A stretch of DNA of 56,712 nt from a virus. The stretch's first letter is position 1, and the number at the start of each line of letters is the position of its first letter. Made by a program: the position numbers and the translations under genes. The notes under the pieces were generated by a model. It ran no database searches. It had not been told where the DNA came from and saw only the letters and a program-made list of their open reading frames with translations. The stretch spans positions 1-56,712 of the IMG/VR virus record IMGVR_UViG_3300038701_002640; one strand, 5' to 3'. Shown here one piece after another: positions 32,402-41,771 of this stretch.

Positions 32402-34348
32402 ATGGCTTACATCGGAAAGAACCCCAATTTAAACACATTAAAATTTAATGGTCAATCAGCAAGACCTTCCAATCCAGTAGAAGGAATGGTCTACTATGAC
32501 GACGGAACTACAAACACAGAAGGACTATGGAAATATCAAAACGCCGCATGGGAATTCATAGGCGATGTTGTAGACTATAAAAAACTCATTCCTCAAGCTG
32601 CAGATCCTTCAAGTCCTGTAGAAGGTCAAGTATTCTATTCAGACGGCACTGCTAGAGCAGAAGGTCTATGGGTATACGACGGAACAGACTGGGTCTCCGT
32701 AGGAGCAGGAATCTCTGATAAATCAGTCTACGGTCAATTCGATGCTGAAGATAAAAATGTTACAGGTTTTACAAATATCACCATTACAACATCTAGTCCA
32801 ATCAATGAAGCTAATTCATACTCAGTAGATTCTTACACAGCCTCCCTACCAGCAGTATCTCTAAATGATCGAAACAAAAATAAAACAAACAGTGTAACAT
32901 TACACTACACTATGACATCTGGTACTGCAAAACTAGTAGTAAAAGATAACACAGCAGCTGAAATTGCAGAATTAGAAATTGAATCAAGCTCAATTGCTCA
33001 AAAGGTAACCGTACCTTATGGAGTTACATCAGCTATGACTTCAGTTCAATTAGAAATCCAAGACGTTTCCAGTGCTACAGGACTTAAAATTGACGACGTT
33101 ATATTCTCAGACGATCCGTTTGTTTATAAAGATTTAGTAAACAATACAGAATGGGTATCCTATACTCCAAGCTCCTCTCAAGGTCTTGGCACATTAGCAA
33201 ACATAGATTTACGTTGGAGAAGAGAAGGTTCTGAAGTTCTAATAAGAGGTCAACTCGATGTAGGAACAACCACAGCTTCAGAAGCAAGACTTCAACTACC
33301 TGACGGATTGGTAGCTTCTTCTAACATGTCCACTTTAGAAATCGTAGGACAAACTGGACGAGATTCAGTAGGTGATGGAGACTATAAATTATTCTGTGAA
33401 CCAGGAGTAAATTACATTACATTTGGTCGTGGTCGTGGAGCAAACGTTAGTTTTGGTAAGCTAACTGGCGCAGCAGTTTACGCTTCAGGAGACACTGCAG
33501 GTATTATAGCTAGAATTCCTATCGAAGGTTGGACAGCAGCATCCGAGCATGTAATAACGCCTGCTCAGAGTTCAGAGACAATTACTAAAACACTAAGCTC
33601 CGACGTTACGTCTGACGGTACAATAGCCGATTTAACGGTTAGTGATTTAAAAATTGGTGAAGAGTACGAAGTAATGCTTCAAGCAGACTTAAGGACACAA
33701 GCTTCAGGAGCTCCTCCTCGAATCGATATTACTCATGATTCTACAATTATTGGTAGGGCTCAGTGGGACTCAAATTCAGCGGATCAAGACGGCGGTACAG
33801 TCTCAAGTACTATTGCTAAATTTGTTGCAACAGCAACCTCTATTACGTTTGTAGGTGCAAGCCTTGGAGCCTCTAGTCCTGTTGGCGGAAACGGTACAAG
33901 AGAAGAAACCTACGTTCAGGTAAAGAAAATCAAGGGTAATTTTCTCGCAGCAATTCCATTAAACTACTCACAAGAAAAGATACTTAGCTCTGATCAATCA
34001 TCTTCAGGTACGTTAACAGATTTAACATTTAATAATTTAATAGTTGGAAAAAGATACTCAGTATATCTTAAAGCAGCTTTCGGAGACGTAACAAGTGGAT
34101 CATCGGCATTAATTCAAATTTCCCATGATTCAAGCGTAATAGAGCAAGTAGATTGGGATCCGACTTCAGGATCTAATAACATGAGAGTCTCCATGAGTGT
34201 GGTAGCTGAATTTACGGCAACAGCCTCAACTGTAACTTTTCCATGTACAGTAGGTGCAGGTGCAAACATTAGAGGTAACAATACTGTAGTAGAAACCTAC
34301 GCTAGAATCACAGAACTAAACTACACTAAAGAAACGGATAGATTCTAA
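32402..34348 (+). CDS. Tail fibre/receptor-binding protein with internal domain duplications
   Basis: N-terminal duplicated motif P(S)NPVEG(M/Q)V(Y/F)Y.DGT...EGLW.Y. Two C-terminal domains of about 125 aa are paralogous (LSSDVTSDGTIADLTVSDLKIGEEYEV... vs LSSDQSSSGTLTDLTFNNLIVGKRYSV...). Confidence 0.6.
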   Translation: MAYIGKNPNLNTLKFNGQSARPSNPVEGMVYYDDGTTNTEGLWKYQNAAWEFIGDVVDYKKLIPQAADPSSPVEGQVFYSDGTARAEGLWVYDGTDWVSVGAGISDKSVYGQFDAEDKNVTGFTNITITTSSPINEANSYSVDSYTASLPAVSLNDRNKNKTNSVTLHYTMTSGTAKLVVKDNTAAEIAELEIESSSIAQKVTVPYGVTSAMTSVQLEIQDVSSATGLKIDDVIFSDDPFVYKDLVNNTEWVSYTPSSSQGLGTLANIDLRWRREGSEVLIRGQLDVGTTTASEARLQLPDGLVASSNMSTLEIVGQTGRDSVGDGDYKLFCEPGVNYITFGRGRGANVSFGKLTGAAVYASGDTAGIIARIPIEGWTAASEHVITPAQSSETITKTLSSDVTSDGTIADLTVSDLKIGEEYEVMLQADLRTQASGAPPRIDITHDSTIIGRAQWDSNSADQDGGTVSSTIAKFVATATSITFVGASLGASSPVGGNGTREETYVQVKKIKGNFLAAIPLNYSQEKILSSDQSSSGTLTDLTFNNLIVGKRYSVYLKAAFGDVTSGSSALIQISHDSSVIEQVDWDPTSGSNNMRVSMSVVAEFTATASTVTFPCTVGAGANIRGNNTVVETYARITELNYTKETDRF

Positions 34349-34357
34349 GGATAACCT

Positions 34358-34642
34358 ATGAAAGACTTGTTAGAAAGAGCCATTCATCAGTTAGATAAAA
34401 TAGACGACAAAATGGAATCTGTCGATAAAACTCTCGTAAGACAAGAAGAAAACTTACGAGAACACATGAGAAGAACAGAACTTTTAGAAATTCAACATGA
34501 GGATCTAAAACACAATTTAAACACTGAACTAGAACCTGTAAAATCACACATAAACCAAGTAAAAGGTGCTGTAAAAATATTATCCTTCGCTATACCCATC
34601 ATTGGAGCAATCGCTGGAGCAATATACAAATACCTTCACTAA
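34358..34642 (+). CDS. Coiled-coil protein with a C-terminal TM anchor (XhlA-like architecture)
   Basis: 94 aa: a charged helical region followed by ILSFAIPIIGAIAGAIY. The call rests on architecture only. Confidence 0.4.
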   Translation: MKDLLERAIHQLDKIDDKMESVDKTLVRQEENLREHMRRTELLEIQHEDLKHNLNTELEPVKSHINQVKGAVKILSFAIPIIGAIAGAIYKYLH

Positions 34643-34654
34643 CGGAAACGCTAC

Positions 34655-35113
34655 ATGGCAGACTGCAATGATAACATTCAGAAAAGAGGGTCCGGAAATC
34701 CTATACAGTCTAAGATAATTGAAAACAACCATGGTTCCTCTGGAGGTTCCACAGGTGATAATACAATATCAGATGTCACATGTGATTCCACAGTATCCGT
34801 AGGTAACATAGTACGACTAAATGGATCAACGTTCATAAATGCCTTAGCAGACGGATTCACTAACTCAAAAGCAATAGGCATATGTGTTTCAAAAACAGAC
34901 CCGACTACATGCGATGTTCAGGTAACAGGTTTTACAGACACAATATTTGCAGGTCTTACTAGTGAAACCAATTACTTCCTAAGCGATTCCACAGCCGGAG
35001 CCATTACAAGCACTCCACCTACAGCTTCGGGATCTTACGTAATTAGAATAGGAACAGCATACGAAACAAATAAGATTATAATAAACATAGAAAGAATAGT
35101 CAACAGAGCATAG
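34655..35113 (+). CDS. Small fibre-tip-like protein, related to the C-terminus of 35460..37061
   Basis: VGNIVRLNGS...AIGICVSK...VQVTGFT...NYFLSD...GAITSTPP...IRIGTA parallels KGDLLYYSAA...AVGIALET...KYYWDG...LTTTIPSGSG...WQVGIA. Confidence 0.5.
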   Translation: MADCNDNIQKRGSGNPIQSKIIENNHGSSGGSTGDNTISDVTCDSTVSVGNIVRLNGSTFINALADGFTNSKAIGICVSKTDPTTCDVQVTGFTDTIFAGLTSETNYFLSDSTAGAITSTPPTASGSYVIRIGTAYETNKIIINIERIVNRA

Positions 35114-35121
35114 GAGTATTT

Positions 35122-35460
35122 ATGGACGAAATAGAAAAAATAGAAAAAACCTTAACAGAAGCAGAAATCTGTAAAATTGAAATAACACAATTAGAAATAA
35201 AACTACTAGAAAGTTCCATAATGGAGTTAAAAAAAGACATACTAGTAGGAGAACTCCAAAAGCAAATAAACTCTCTTAAAAATGAACTACTAACAAAAAA
35301 CGTTGCAGATATTAAAAGAAAAATATCAGAAAAGCAATCAGAAATAAGTAGTAAAAAAGAGGACATCAAAGGCAACAATAAAGAGTTAGCCAAAAAATAC
35401 AAGATTGAGGGAGCATGGGGATATAACCCAGAAACAGGTACTATAATCGAGGAGGATTAA
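35122..35460 (+). CDS. Coiled-coil protein (possible fibre assembly/chaperone)
   Basis: ORF track. Heptad-rich E/K/I sequence. Confidence 0.45.
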   Translation: MDEIEKIEKTLTEAEICKIEITQLEIKLLESSIMELKKDILVGELQKQINSLKNELLTKNVADIKRKISEKQSEISSKKEDIKGNNKELAKKYKIEGAWGYNPETGTIIEED

Positions 35461-37061
35461 TGTCACAGAAATTTGTATACGTAGACGTCAACGGCGACTA
35501 CACAGAAACAGCAGGTGCATTCGAAGAATCGGATCACGTAAACTCGTCAGCCGGTGTAGCCGACGCAGGAAAACCCATTGTACTAGACGCAGCAGGGCTT
35601 ATCGACTCTACTATGATCGACTTTGGATCTATTGATCACGGAGCCCTTTCAGGTCTCGGAGATGATGACCACACACAGTACATTCTAGTAGACGGCACTA
35701 GAGCATTTACAGGAGATCAGTCACTAGGTAACAACAACATTACAAACCTAGCAGACGGTGTATCAGACCAAGACGCAGTAAACGTAAGACAGCTTGTAAA
35801 CGCTGTTAACGGTATCGACTGGAAAGAATCAGCAAGAGTAGCCACAACAGCTAACATTAACCTTGCATCTGCTCCAGCAGCTATCGACGGCGTCACACTA
35901 GCATCAGGTGAAAGAGTCTTAGTAAAAGACCAAACTACTTTATCTGAAAACGGTATCTACGTATTCAACGGCGCTGCCGCTGCAATGACTAGATCAGAAG
36001 ATGCCGATGAGGATTCAGAAGTAACAGCCATGATGACCGTAGGTGTATCCGAAGGTACAGTTCATGCTGATCAAGTTTGGACAGTTACATCAAATGACCC
36101 ACTTACAGTAGGAACATCTGACATGGTCTTTGGACTACTACCAGTCAACAGCTTCATCGGCGGTGACGGTATCGATATCACTGGATCAACAATCAGTGCA
36201 GACTTACTAGCTTCAGGTGGATTAAAGTTTGACGGCGGAGAAATCGCAGTAGAACCAGCAGATTTCGCAGGTAACGGTCTAATCGACGATGGATCAGACA
36301 ACTTAGCAATTGATTTTGCAACAGTATTCACAATAGATGCTGCAGACGCTAAAGCCCTAAAAGCAGACGATCTTGCATCAACTGCAAATGGCGAAGGTGC
36401 TAGCATTGTAGGTATCGAAGATGCTTCAGCTTATTTCGCAGGAACAAACCTTGAATCAGTTCTAGACGAATTAGAAGCTCAAGTTGGCGGAGACACTTCA
36501 TCAACTTTTAACTTCACAGAAGAAAACGTCCTAGCTGACAATGATTCTGTATACCCTGCATTAGAAAAACTAGACCTAAAGTTTGGTGACCTAGCTTCAG
36601 TTTCAAACGGTGAAGGTGCTTCTCTAGTAGGTATCGAAGACGCAGCTGGAAATTACACAGCAACTAACGTTGAAGCTGCCCTAGCAGAAGTTTACGATCT
36701 TGCTTCAGTATCTACAGGTGAATCAGCAACCGTTGCAGCAGGTGGAGTTACTAAAGGTGACTTACTATACTACAGCGCTGCAGATACAGTAGCTCCAATG
36801 CCAATCAACACTGGTAACAGAGCAGTAGGTATTGCACTAGAAACAGTAGCAGCAGCTGGAACAGTTAAATACGCCCGATGGGATGAATGTGTAGAAGGAG
36901 TACTTTCAGGAGCTTCTTTTAACACAAAATACTACTGGGATGGTTCAGCACTAACAACTACGATTCCTTCAGGATCTGGTCAGTACGTTTGGCAAGTAGG
37001 TATTGCTAAAAATGCTACAGACATGTTGGCAACTGTAGAATTCGTAAAGAAAAACGTTTAA
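35460..37061 (+). CDS. Tail fibre protein
   Basis: Internal repeat LAS(T/V)(A/S)NGEGAS(I/L)VGIEDA...TN(L/V)E..L.E, with Gly/Ala/Asp-rich beta sequence. Followed by a strong terminator. Confidence 0.6.
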   Translation: MSQKFVYVDVNGDYTETAGAFEESDHVNSSAGVADAGKPIVLDAAGLIDSTMIDFGSIDHGALSGLGDDDHTQYILVDGTRAFTGDQSLGNNNITNLADGVSDQDAVNVRQLVNAVNGIDWKESARVATTANINLASAPAAIDGVTLASGERVLVKDQTTLSENGIYVFNGAAAAMTRSEDADEDSEVTAMMTVGVSEGTVHADQVWTVTSNDPLTVGTSDMVFGLLPVNSFIGGDGIDITGSTISADLLASGGLKFDGGEIAVEPADFAGNGLIDDGSDNLAIDFATVFTIDAADAKALKADDLASTANGEGASIVGIEDASAYFAGTNLESVLDELEAQVGGDTSSTFNFTEENVLADNDSVYPALEKLDLKFGDLASVSNGEGASLVGIEDAAGNYTATNVEAALAEVYDLASVSTGESATVAAGGVTKGDLLYYSAADTVAPMPINTGNRAVGIALETVAAAGTVKYARWDECVEGVLSGASFNTKYYWDGSALTTTIPSGSGQYVWQVGIAKNATDMLATVEFVKKNV

Positions 37062-37067
37062 CAACTT

Positions 37068-37096
37068 AGGGGTGGGAAACTGCCCCTATTTTTTTA
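37068..37096 (+). terminator. Rho-independent terminator
   Basis: AGGGGT-GGGAAACT-GCCCCT hairpin followed by ATTTTTTT. Confidence 0.65.
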
Positions 37097-37103
37097 GGAA
37101 AAC

Positions 37104-37637
37104 ATGGCAGATAACGTAAAAGTCAAAATTACAGAAAAAAACGGAGTCGAATTAGACTTCACAGAAGAGTATGACCTCATTGCAGAAAATATCCCCTACG
37201 ATCCTTCAGATTCTGGACTAACTGCAACCGATGTTAAAGCTGGATTAGACGAATTATCCACTAACATTGCCACCTCCGCTTCTCCAGGATTCTCATGGGG
37301 TAGATCAGGAAATTTATCAACTAACACATGGCTTCAAAATGAAGGCGTATCCAGTAACAGAGCTGGCAGAACTGTAACATTTTCTAGTCCAGAAATAACA
37401 AGAATATTTACAGCCTCAGAAGACCTAAACACTTACACAATAACAATATATGAACATGAAGGCGATAGTATAAATTTAACAGCCTTAACAACCCTAAGTG
37501 CCACTGCTTCCAGAACAGCCGACAGTGGAACAATATCTGTCACAGTCACTCAAGGTAGACAACTTGCAATAAGAATAACATCAGGATCAGCCAAAAATCT
37601 AGTAGTAGGTATGACACTAGCAGGAGAGAATTCATAA
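37104..37637 (+). CDS. Hypothetical virion/fibre-associated protein
   Basis: ORF track. Confidence 0.5.
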   Translation: MADNVKVKITEKNGVELDFTEEYDLIAENIPYDPSDSGLTATDVKAGLDELSTNIATSASPGFSWGRSGNLSTNTWLQNEGVSSNRAGRTVTFSSPEITRIFTASEDLNTYTITIYEHEGDSINLTALTTLSATASRTADSGTISVTVTQGRQLAIRITSGSAKNLVVGMTLAGENS

Positions 37638-38539
37638 TGAGCAAAATATTAAAAAACAATACCGCATCCATAGTAGACATAGACGACGTAGGAGTATCAG
37701 TCCCAGCATCCGGTCAAATAACAATAAACACAACAGATTTCGACGATTTTGCAGCATCAGACGATGTAGTAACCCTAGTAGGAAACGCAACTCTCACAGT
37801 AAACAATGGATCAGAAGATTTATCTATATCAGAAGGCATAAGACTATTACAAGGCGGATTCACAAATAAACTACAATTTGAAGACTCTCTAATATCTGCC
37901 AACGGACTAAGACTAGATATAGATGACGCTTTAACAGGTCCACAAGGTCCACAAGGCATCCAAGGAGATACAGGTCCACAAGGTCCACAAGGTATCCAAG
38001 GTGAACAAGGCATCCAAGGAGATACAGGTCCACAAGGCATCCAAGGAGATACAGGTCCACAAGGCATCCAAGGAGATACAGGTCCACAAGGCATCCAAGG
38101 TGAGCAAGGTATCCAAGGTGAACAAGGCATCCAAGGAGATACAGGTCCACAAGGTCCAGTAGCCACATTTGGATCAGAATTTCAACAAGCAGAATCTTTA
38201 ACAGAGTCGTCTACAGGAAGTACTACATTTCAACAAAAACTAACATACACCACTACAAGTCTTCCATCTGGAACATACTACATAGCATTAAGATATAGAT
38301 GGAGAAAGTCATCAGCATCTAATGATTTTAGCGCCAGACTACAACTCAATAATTCGACTACTTTAATGGAACACCAGCAGGAAGCTAAAGACGGAGGAGC
38401 CGACCAAAGACATTTTTTAACATGGTTTGGAACAGAAACTTTAAGTGGAGTAAACCAGTTAGATGTAGACTTTAGAGAACAATCAGGAGGAACCTCCTTC
38501 ATCGCAGAAGTAAAACTGATACTATGGAGGATTAGCTAA
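37637..38539 (+). CDS. Collagen-like repeat fibre protein
   Basis: 25 uninterrupted G-X-Y triplets ([15 protein letters not shown]...GPV), flanked by non-collagen N- and C-terminal domains. Confidence 0.75.
   Translation: MSKILKNNTASIVDIDDVGVSVPASGQITINTTDFDDFAASDDVVTLVGNATLTVNNGSEDLSISEGIRLLQGGFTNKLQFEDSLISANGLRLDIDDALTGPQGPQGIQGDTGPQGPQGIQGEQGIQGDTGPQGIQGDTGPQGIQGDTGPQGIQGEQGIQGEQGIQGDTGPQGPVATFGSEFQQAESLTESSTGSTTFQQKLTYTTTSLPSGTYYIALRYRWRKSSASNDFSARLQLNNSTTLMEHQQEAKDGGADQRHFLTWFGTETLSGVNQLDVDFREQSGGTSFIAEVKLILWRIS
37937..38161 (+). repeat. Collagen G-X-Y coding repeat (25 triplets of 9-nt-periodic DNA)
   Basis: ggtccacaaggcatccaaggagatacaggt units. All antisense ORFs here are repeat artefacts. 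Confidence 0.9.
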
Positions 38540-39336
38540 TGAGTTCCTACAACTACAGTATATCCGCAGATACATCAAACGCATTACTAAACAATGAAGT
38601 GCTAGCAAGCTCTGTAGTCAGCAGTACTATTAATAAATCACTACAAGATATTAAGTCAGATGGAGACACATTATCAGTAGTGTTTGAAAGCGCACTTTCT
38701 ACCGAAGAACAGGCGACATTAGATGCCCTAATAGCAGCTCACGACGGAACCCCTAGCCCAGAAATTGCAGAACTAGAAATAGACGACGACGGCAGACAGG
38801 TTACAAAAACAGCAACAACATACAAAGGTTGGAGATACTTAGCCCATGTTATAGAAGTAGAAACCGCTAAATTAAATGGAATATTTAGTGCGAACTGGGA
38901 CGGATCTTCTAGAACAGATTTTGAAATGAAATTCTACGACGACCAAGACGCTGAACTAGTAGCTGGAACTCAAGCAGAATTAGACTCCGATTGTGTAAAA
39001 ACCGTAATCACAATAGCTCCATCACATGATTACGATATAATCGGCGGCAATATACATCAACATACTACTCCCACAGAAAACATAAGACTATGGGTAATAG
39101 CAGGAGCAACCGATTTAGCCCACGTTCCAGGAACCGTAAAAGAGTTTGTTGGCGGTTTAAATATGAAATTTATGGGTATAAACGAACAAATAGAAACAGA
39201 TGGCAGAGCTTCAGCCAGGCTAAACTTAGAAACCGAAGGACTACCAGTGCCTACTAATAAAATGCAATATATCATTACACATCCAGCAGGTCATCAACAC
39301 GAATTAATGATCGTACTCGAATACTTCAGACAATAA
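38539..39336 (+). CDS. Hypothetical virion/fibre-associated protein
   Basis: ORF track. The start overlaps the previous stop (TAATG). Confidence 0.5.
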   Translation: MSSYNYSISADTSNALLNNEVLASSVVSSTINKSLQDIKSDGDTLSVVFESALSTEEQATLDALIAAHDGTPSPEIAELEIDDDGRQVTKTATTYKGWRYLAHVIEVETAKLNGIFSANWDGSSRTDFEMKFYDDQDAELVAGTQAELDSDCVKTVITIAPSHDYDIIGGNIHQHTTPTENIRLWVIAGATDLAHVPGTVKEFVGGLNMKFMGINEQIETDGRASARLNLETEGLPVPTNKMQYIITHPAGHQHELMIVLEYFRQ

Positions 39337-39337
39337 C

Positions 39338-39847
39338 ATGAGAGAATTAAAAATAGTATTTACAAAATCCAAAAAAAAAATCCCCATACTATCATGGCTT
39401 ATAATGTTATGGACGAAAAAGCCGTATTCTCACGTTGCGTTAAAGTTTGAATCTAGAATATTTAAAAGTCCGACATACTATCAAGCTTCTGACGGACTGG
39501 TAAATTATATGTCAGGGACTCAATTTGATAAAAAACATGAAATAGTAAATCAATACGAAATAGAAATAGAGGACGATAGCTACTATAAAATAAGAGAAGA
39601 GTGTCATGAGGAAGCCGGTGCTAACTATGGGCTTATGCAAAATGTAGGAATAATGATAACAGACGTACTTTCTTTTTTTGGTATAAAAACTAAAAACCCA
39701 TTCAAAAAAGGAAGAAACTGCTCAGAGCTTATTTACATAAAAGTACTAAAACCCATGTTCCCTACACTAAAGTATAATCCAGACACTATAAAGCCCCACC
39801 AAGTAGAAAACATACTAATAGAGAAAGGCTACCAAGAATCTAAATAA
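39338..39847 (+). CDS. Permuted papain-like (NlpC/P60-related, YiiX/C92-type) amidase; candidate endolysin
   Basis: His context KKPYSHVAL, then GANYG, then Cys context GRNCSELIYIKV. This is the same order as E. coli YiiX (SHTGML ... GKPYD ... YCSEVV). Confidence 0.6.
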   Translation: MRELKIVFTKSKKKIPILSWLIMLWTKKPYSHVALKFESRIFKSPTYYQASDGLVNYMSGTQFDKKHEIVNQYEIEIEDDSYYKIREECHEEAGANYGLMQNVGIMITDVLSFFGIKTKNPFKKGRNCSELIYIKVLKPMFPTLKYNPDTIKPHQVENILIEKGYQESK

Positions 39848-39896
39848 TAACAGAACAATCTATAACCTCCCAACTGGGAAAACTAAGGAGACCAAC

Positions 39897-40067
39897 ATGA
39901 TGGTAATATTGAAACAAGTAGGTAAAGCACTATTATCTGCGCTACTAACAGAAGCTTTTATTAAAGAAATAATCGTCTTCCTTTTAGAAAAACTAGCAAA
40001 AAAGACTACAAACGATGTTGACGACGTAATTGTTGATAAGATCAAAAAAGCTTTAAAAGTAGACTAA
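39897..40067 (+). CDS. Small amphipathic/hydrophobic protein (56 aa), below the ORF-track cutoff
   Basis: AAGGAG lies 7 nt upstream. Translation is MMVILKQVGKALLSALLTEAFIKEIIVFLLEKLAKKTTNDVDDVIVDKIKKALKVD. It is co-oriented with its neighbours, unlike the antisense track ORF 39860..40045. Confidence 0.5.
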   Translation: MMVILKQVGKALLSALLTEAFIKEIIVFLLEKLAKKTTNDVDDVIVDKIKKALKVD

Positions 40068-40074
40068 TCCAAAA

Positions 40075-40099
40075 GCCCGGCTACGGTCGGGCATTTACC
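40075..40099 (+). terminator. Possible terminator hairpin
   Basis: GCCCGGC-TACG-GTCGGGC (7-bp stem with one G-U pair) followed by ATTT. The T-tract is weak. Confidence 0.35.
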
Positions 40100-40100
40100 T

Positions 40101-40625
40101 ATGAAGAGCATAATTCAAATCCCCATAAAGCCATTATCAATAAACGAAATGTACTGTAGAAACAGATCATACACTTCAACTTCATACAAACAATGGCTCC
40201 CTAAAATATTTCATTTTTTATCCAACGATGAACATTCAATGTCTGAGTTTAAAAAAATTAGAGATAATTTTGATCCAAAAAAAGAAGCTTTTTTAGTAAA
40301 TATAAACTGGTTCTATCCAAAAGAAATACTATACACTAAACAAGGCATCATGTCTGCGAGAGCCCATGACCTAACCAATATTGAAAAGCCATTAGTAGAC
40401 TTAATATTTTTACCAAAATTCTACAAAACACCTTCACCTTATGGATGTAAAAATATAAACCAAGATGACAAGTTTATAAAAAAAGTAACGTCTGAGCAAT
40501 TTCCACACGATTCCTTTTTAATTGAATTAGAAATAGAAATTATAAACTCAGACGATTACAATGAAAAAATAAATAAAACTCCAATAGAACTTAAGCCCAC
40601 GGAGCATCATGAATCACAAGAATAA
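40101..40625 (+). CDS. RusA-like Holliday junction resolvase
   Basis: KPLSINEMY (cf. RusA PPSNNRYY), RAHDLTNIEKPLVDLIF (cf. RRRDLDNLQKAAFDAL) and DDKFIKKV (cf. DDAQVV). Confidence 0.6.
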   Translation: MKSIIQIPIKPLSINEMYCRNRSYTSTSYKQWLPKIFHFLSNDEHSMSEFKKIRDNFDPKKEAFLVNINWFYPKEILYTKQGIMSARAHDLTNIEKPLVDLIFLPKFYKTPSPYGCKNINQDDKFIKKVTSEQFPHDSFLIELEIEIINSDDYNEKINKTPIELKPTEHHESQE

Positions 40626-40911
40626 CCTTTCCTGTTTCCATGTTAGTAGTAACCATAATATTACCATACTCAGATAACTTTTCAATCCAAGCTTTACCAG
40701 TCTTAGGCAGCTCCCATTCAACTATAGTAAGATCATTATACTTATCTTTTAACTCTTTTTCCAAAGCTGTCAATTCTTTCTCAACCTCATCTCCGAATTT
40801 CCCATGCTTCTCACATATGGCATCAAAACCATTTTGCCAATCTAGCTTATAAGCATCAGCTTGCTCATGTTCAATAGGGTTACCAGACATTCTTATAACT
40901 TGTACTTTCAT
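40591..40911 (-). CDS. Hypothetical protein (last gene of the leftward arm)
   Basis: ORF track. It converges on and overlaps 40101..40625 by 35 nt. Confidence 0.5.
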   Translation of the reverse strand: MKVQVIRMSGNPIEHEQADAYKLDWQNGFDAICEKHGKFGDEVEKELTALEKELKDKYNDLTIVEWELPKTGKAWIEKLSEYGNIMVTTNMETGKVILVIHDAPWA

Positions 40912-41450
40912 AAAGCCTCCATATCAATATCGTTATCAATTATATCGTCTAAATATAAAGCTCTTTTAGTATGCTTATATCTAAACACCTTCGGTTCTGC
41001 ATAAACCTCCAAGAGATCTTCAGCTCTTACTATACCTAGTATATCCGCCTCTAAGTTTTCTACACTGACCATAAGAATATAATCATCATCTTGTGGCAAT
41101 TTAACTAGGGAATCAGACTTTTGAAATAACCAAGAGCTACCATACTTCTTACGACTATCTTGACTCTGAGACTTCACATGGACATTAAGCCCACAATCTG
41201 TAACCAAGTCAGCTCCATAAGACTTCCTCCTTGTCTCATATATTTCAAAGTCAGGTTTCTTCACCTTGTATCCTCTATCTATCAAATACTGATAAGCAGC
41301 AACCTCGCCTAGTTTTCCAACTATAATATCCTGAATAATCTTCTCAACTCTAGGCTCACCTCGATGCTTATACAATCTAGAAGAGTTCTGAACTTGTAGA
41401 TTTGCAAACTCTTCACATTTATTATAAAAATACTTACTTAACTTAATCAT
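40908..41450 (-). CDS. Hypothetical protein, possible PD-(D/E)XK-type nuclease
   Basis: GKLGEVAAYQYL ... GADLVTD ... NVHVKS resembles an E/D...D...(E/Q/H)xK arrangement. Motif-level guess only. Confidence 0.4.
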   Translation of the reverse strand: MIKLSKYFYNKCEEFANLQVQNSSRLYKHRGEPRVEKIIQDIIVGKLGEVAAYQYLIDRGYKVKKPDFEIYETRRKSYGADLVTDCGLNVHVKSQSQDSRKKYGSSWLFQKSDSLVKLPQDDDYILMVSVENLEADILGIVRAEDLLEVYAEPKVFRYKHTKRALYLDDIIDNDIDMEAL

Positions 41451-41459
41451 ACCAGGCTC

Positions 41460-41771
41460 CTACAGTAGCAATAACAATAACAACAATGTACTAACGGAAA
41501 TACCACCAGTAATAGCTTTCTTAGTCTCACCATGAGATTCTTTTATTTCTTTATCCTGAAGCTTAATAAGCTCATCCTGCTTCTTAATAACCTTCTTCTG
41601 TTGACCAATAGTATTACCTTGCTTCTCAACCGCAATAGCGCACTTTTCTAATGCAATATCACAATTCGGTTTTGTCGGATTTGCTAGACTTGTACTCATC
41701 ATAGTAAGATTTAAAATCATCGACAGCATTAGTAGACTCTTTTTCCACATGTTCCAATTTATTCTTTTCAC
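41460..41771 (-). CDS. Membrane protein with an N-terminal signal-like segment, coiled coil and C-terminal poly-Leu TM
   Basis: ORF track. SLLMLSMILNLTMMSTSLA at the N-terminus and ISVSTLLLLLLLL at the C-terminus. Confidence 0.45.
   Translation of the reverse strand: MKRINWNMWKKSLLMLSMILNLTMMSTSLANPTKPNCDIALEKCAIAVEKQGNTIGQQKKVIKKQDELIKLQDKEIKESHGETKKAITGGISVSTLLLLLLLL

Noticed and set aside
30064-37061. Diversity-generating retroelement or phase-variable fibre hypothesis, prompted by repeated segments in the fibre genes.
   Set aside because: No reverse transcriptase, template-repeat/variable-repeat pair with adenine-specific differences, or invertase is present. The repeats are in-frame protein-domain duplications.
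37714-38168. Three minus-strand ORFs (150, 102 and 73 aa) rich in Pro/Cys/Trp or Leu/Val/Asp repeats.
   Set aside because: They are antisense reading frames of the collagen G-X-Y repeat, kept open only by the repeat periodicity.
39860-40045. 61-aa minus-strand ORF.
   Set aside because: It is antisense within the rightward late operon. The plus strand has a co-oriented 56-aa ORF (39897..40067) with an AAGGAG RBS and a downstream hairpin.
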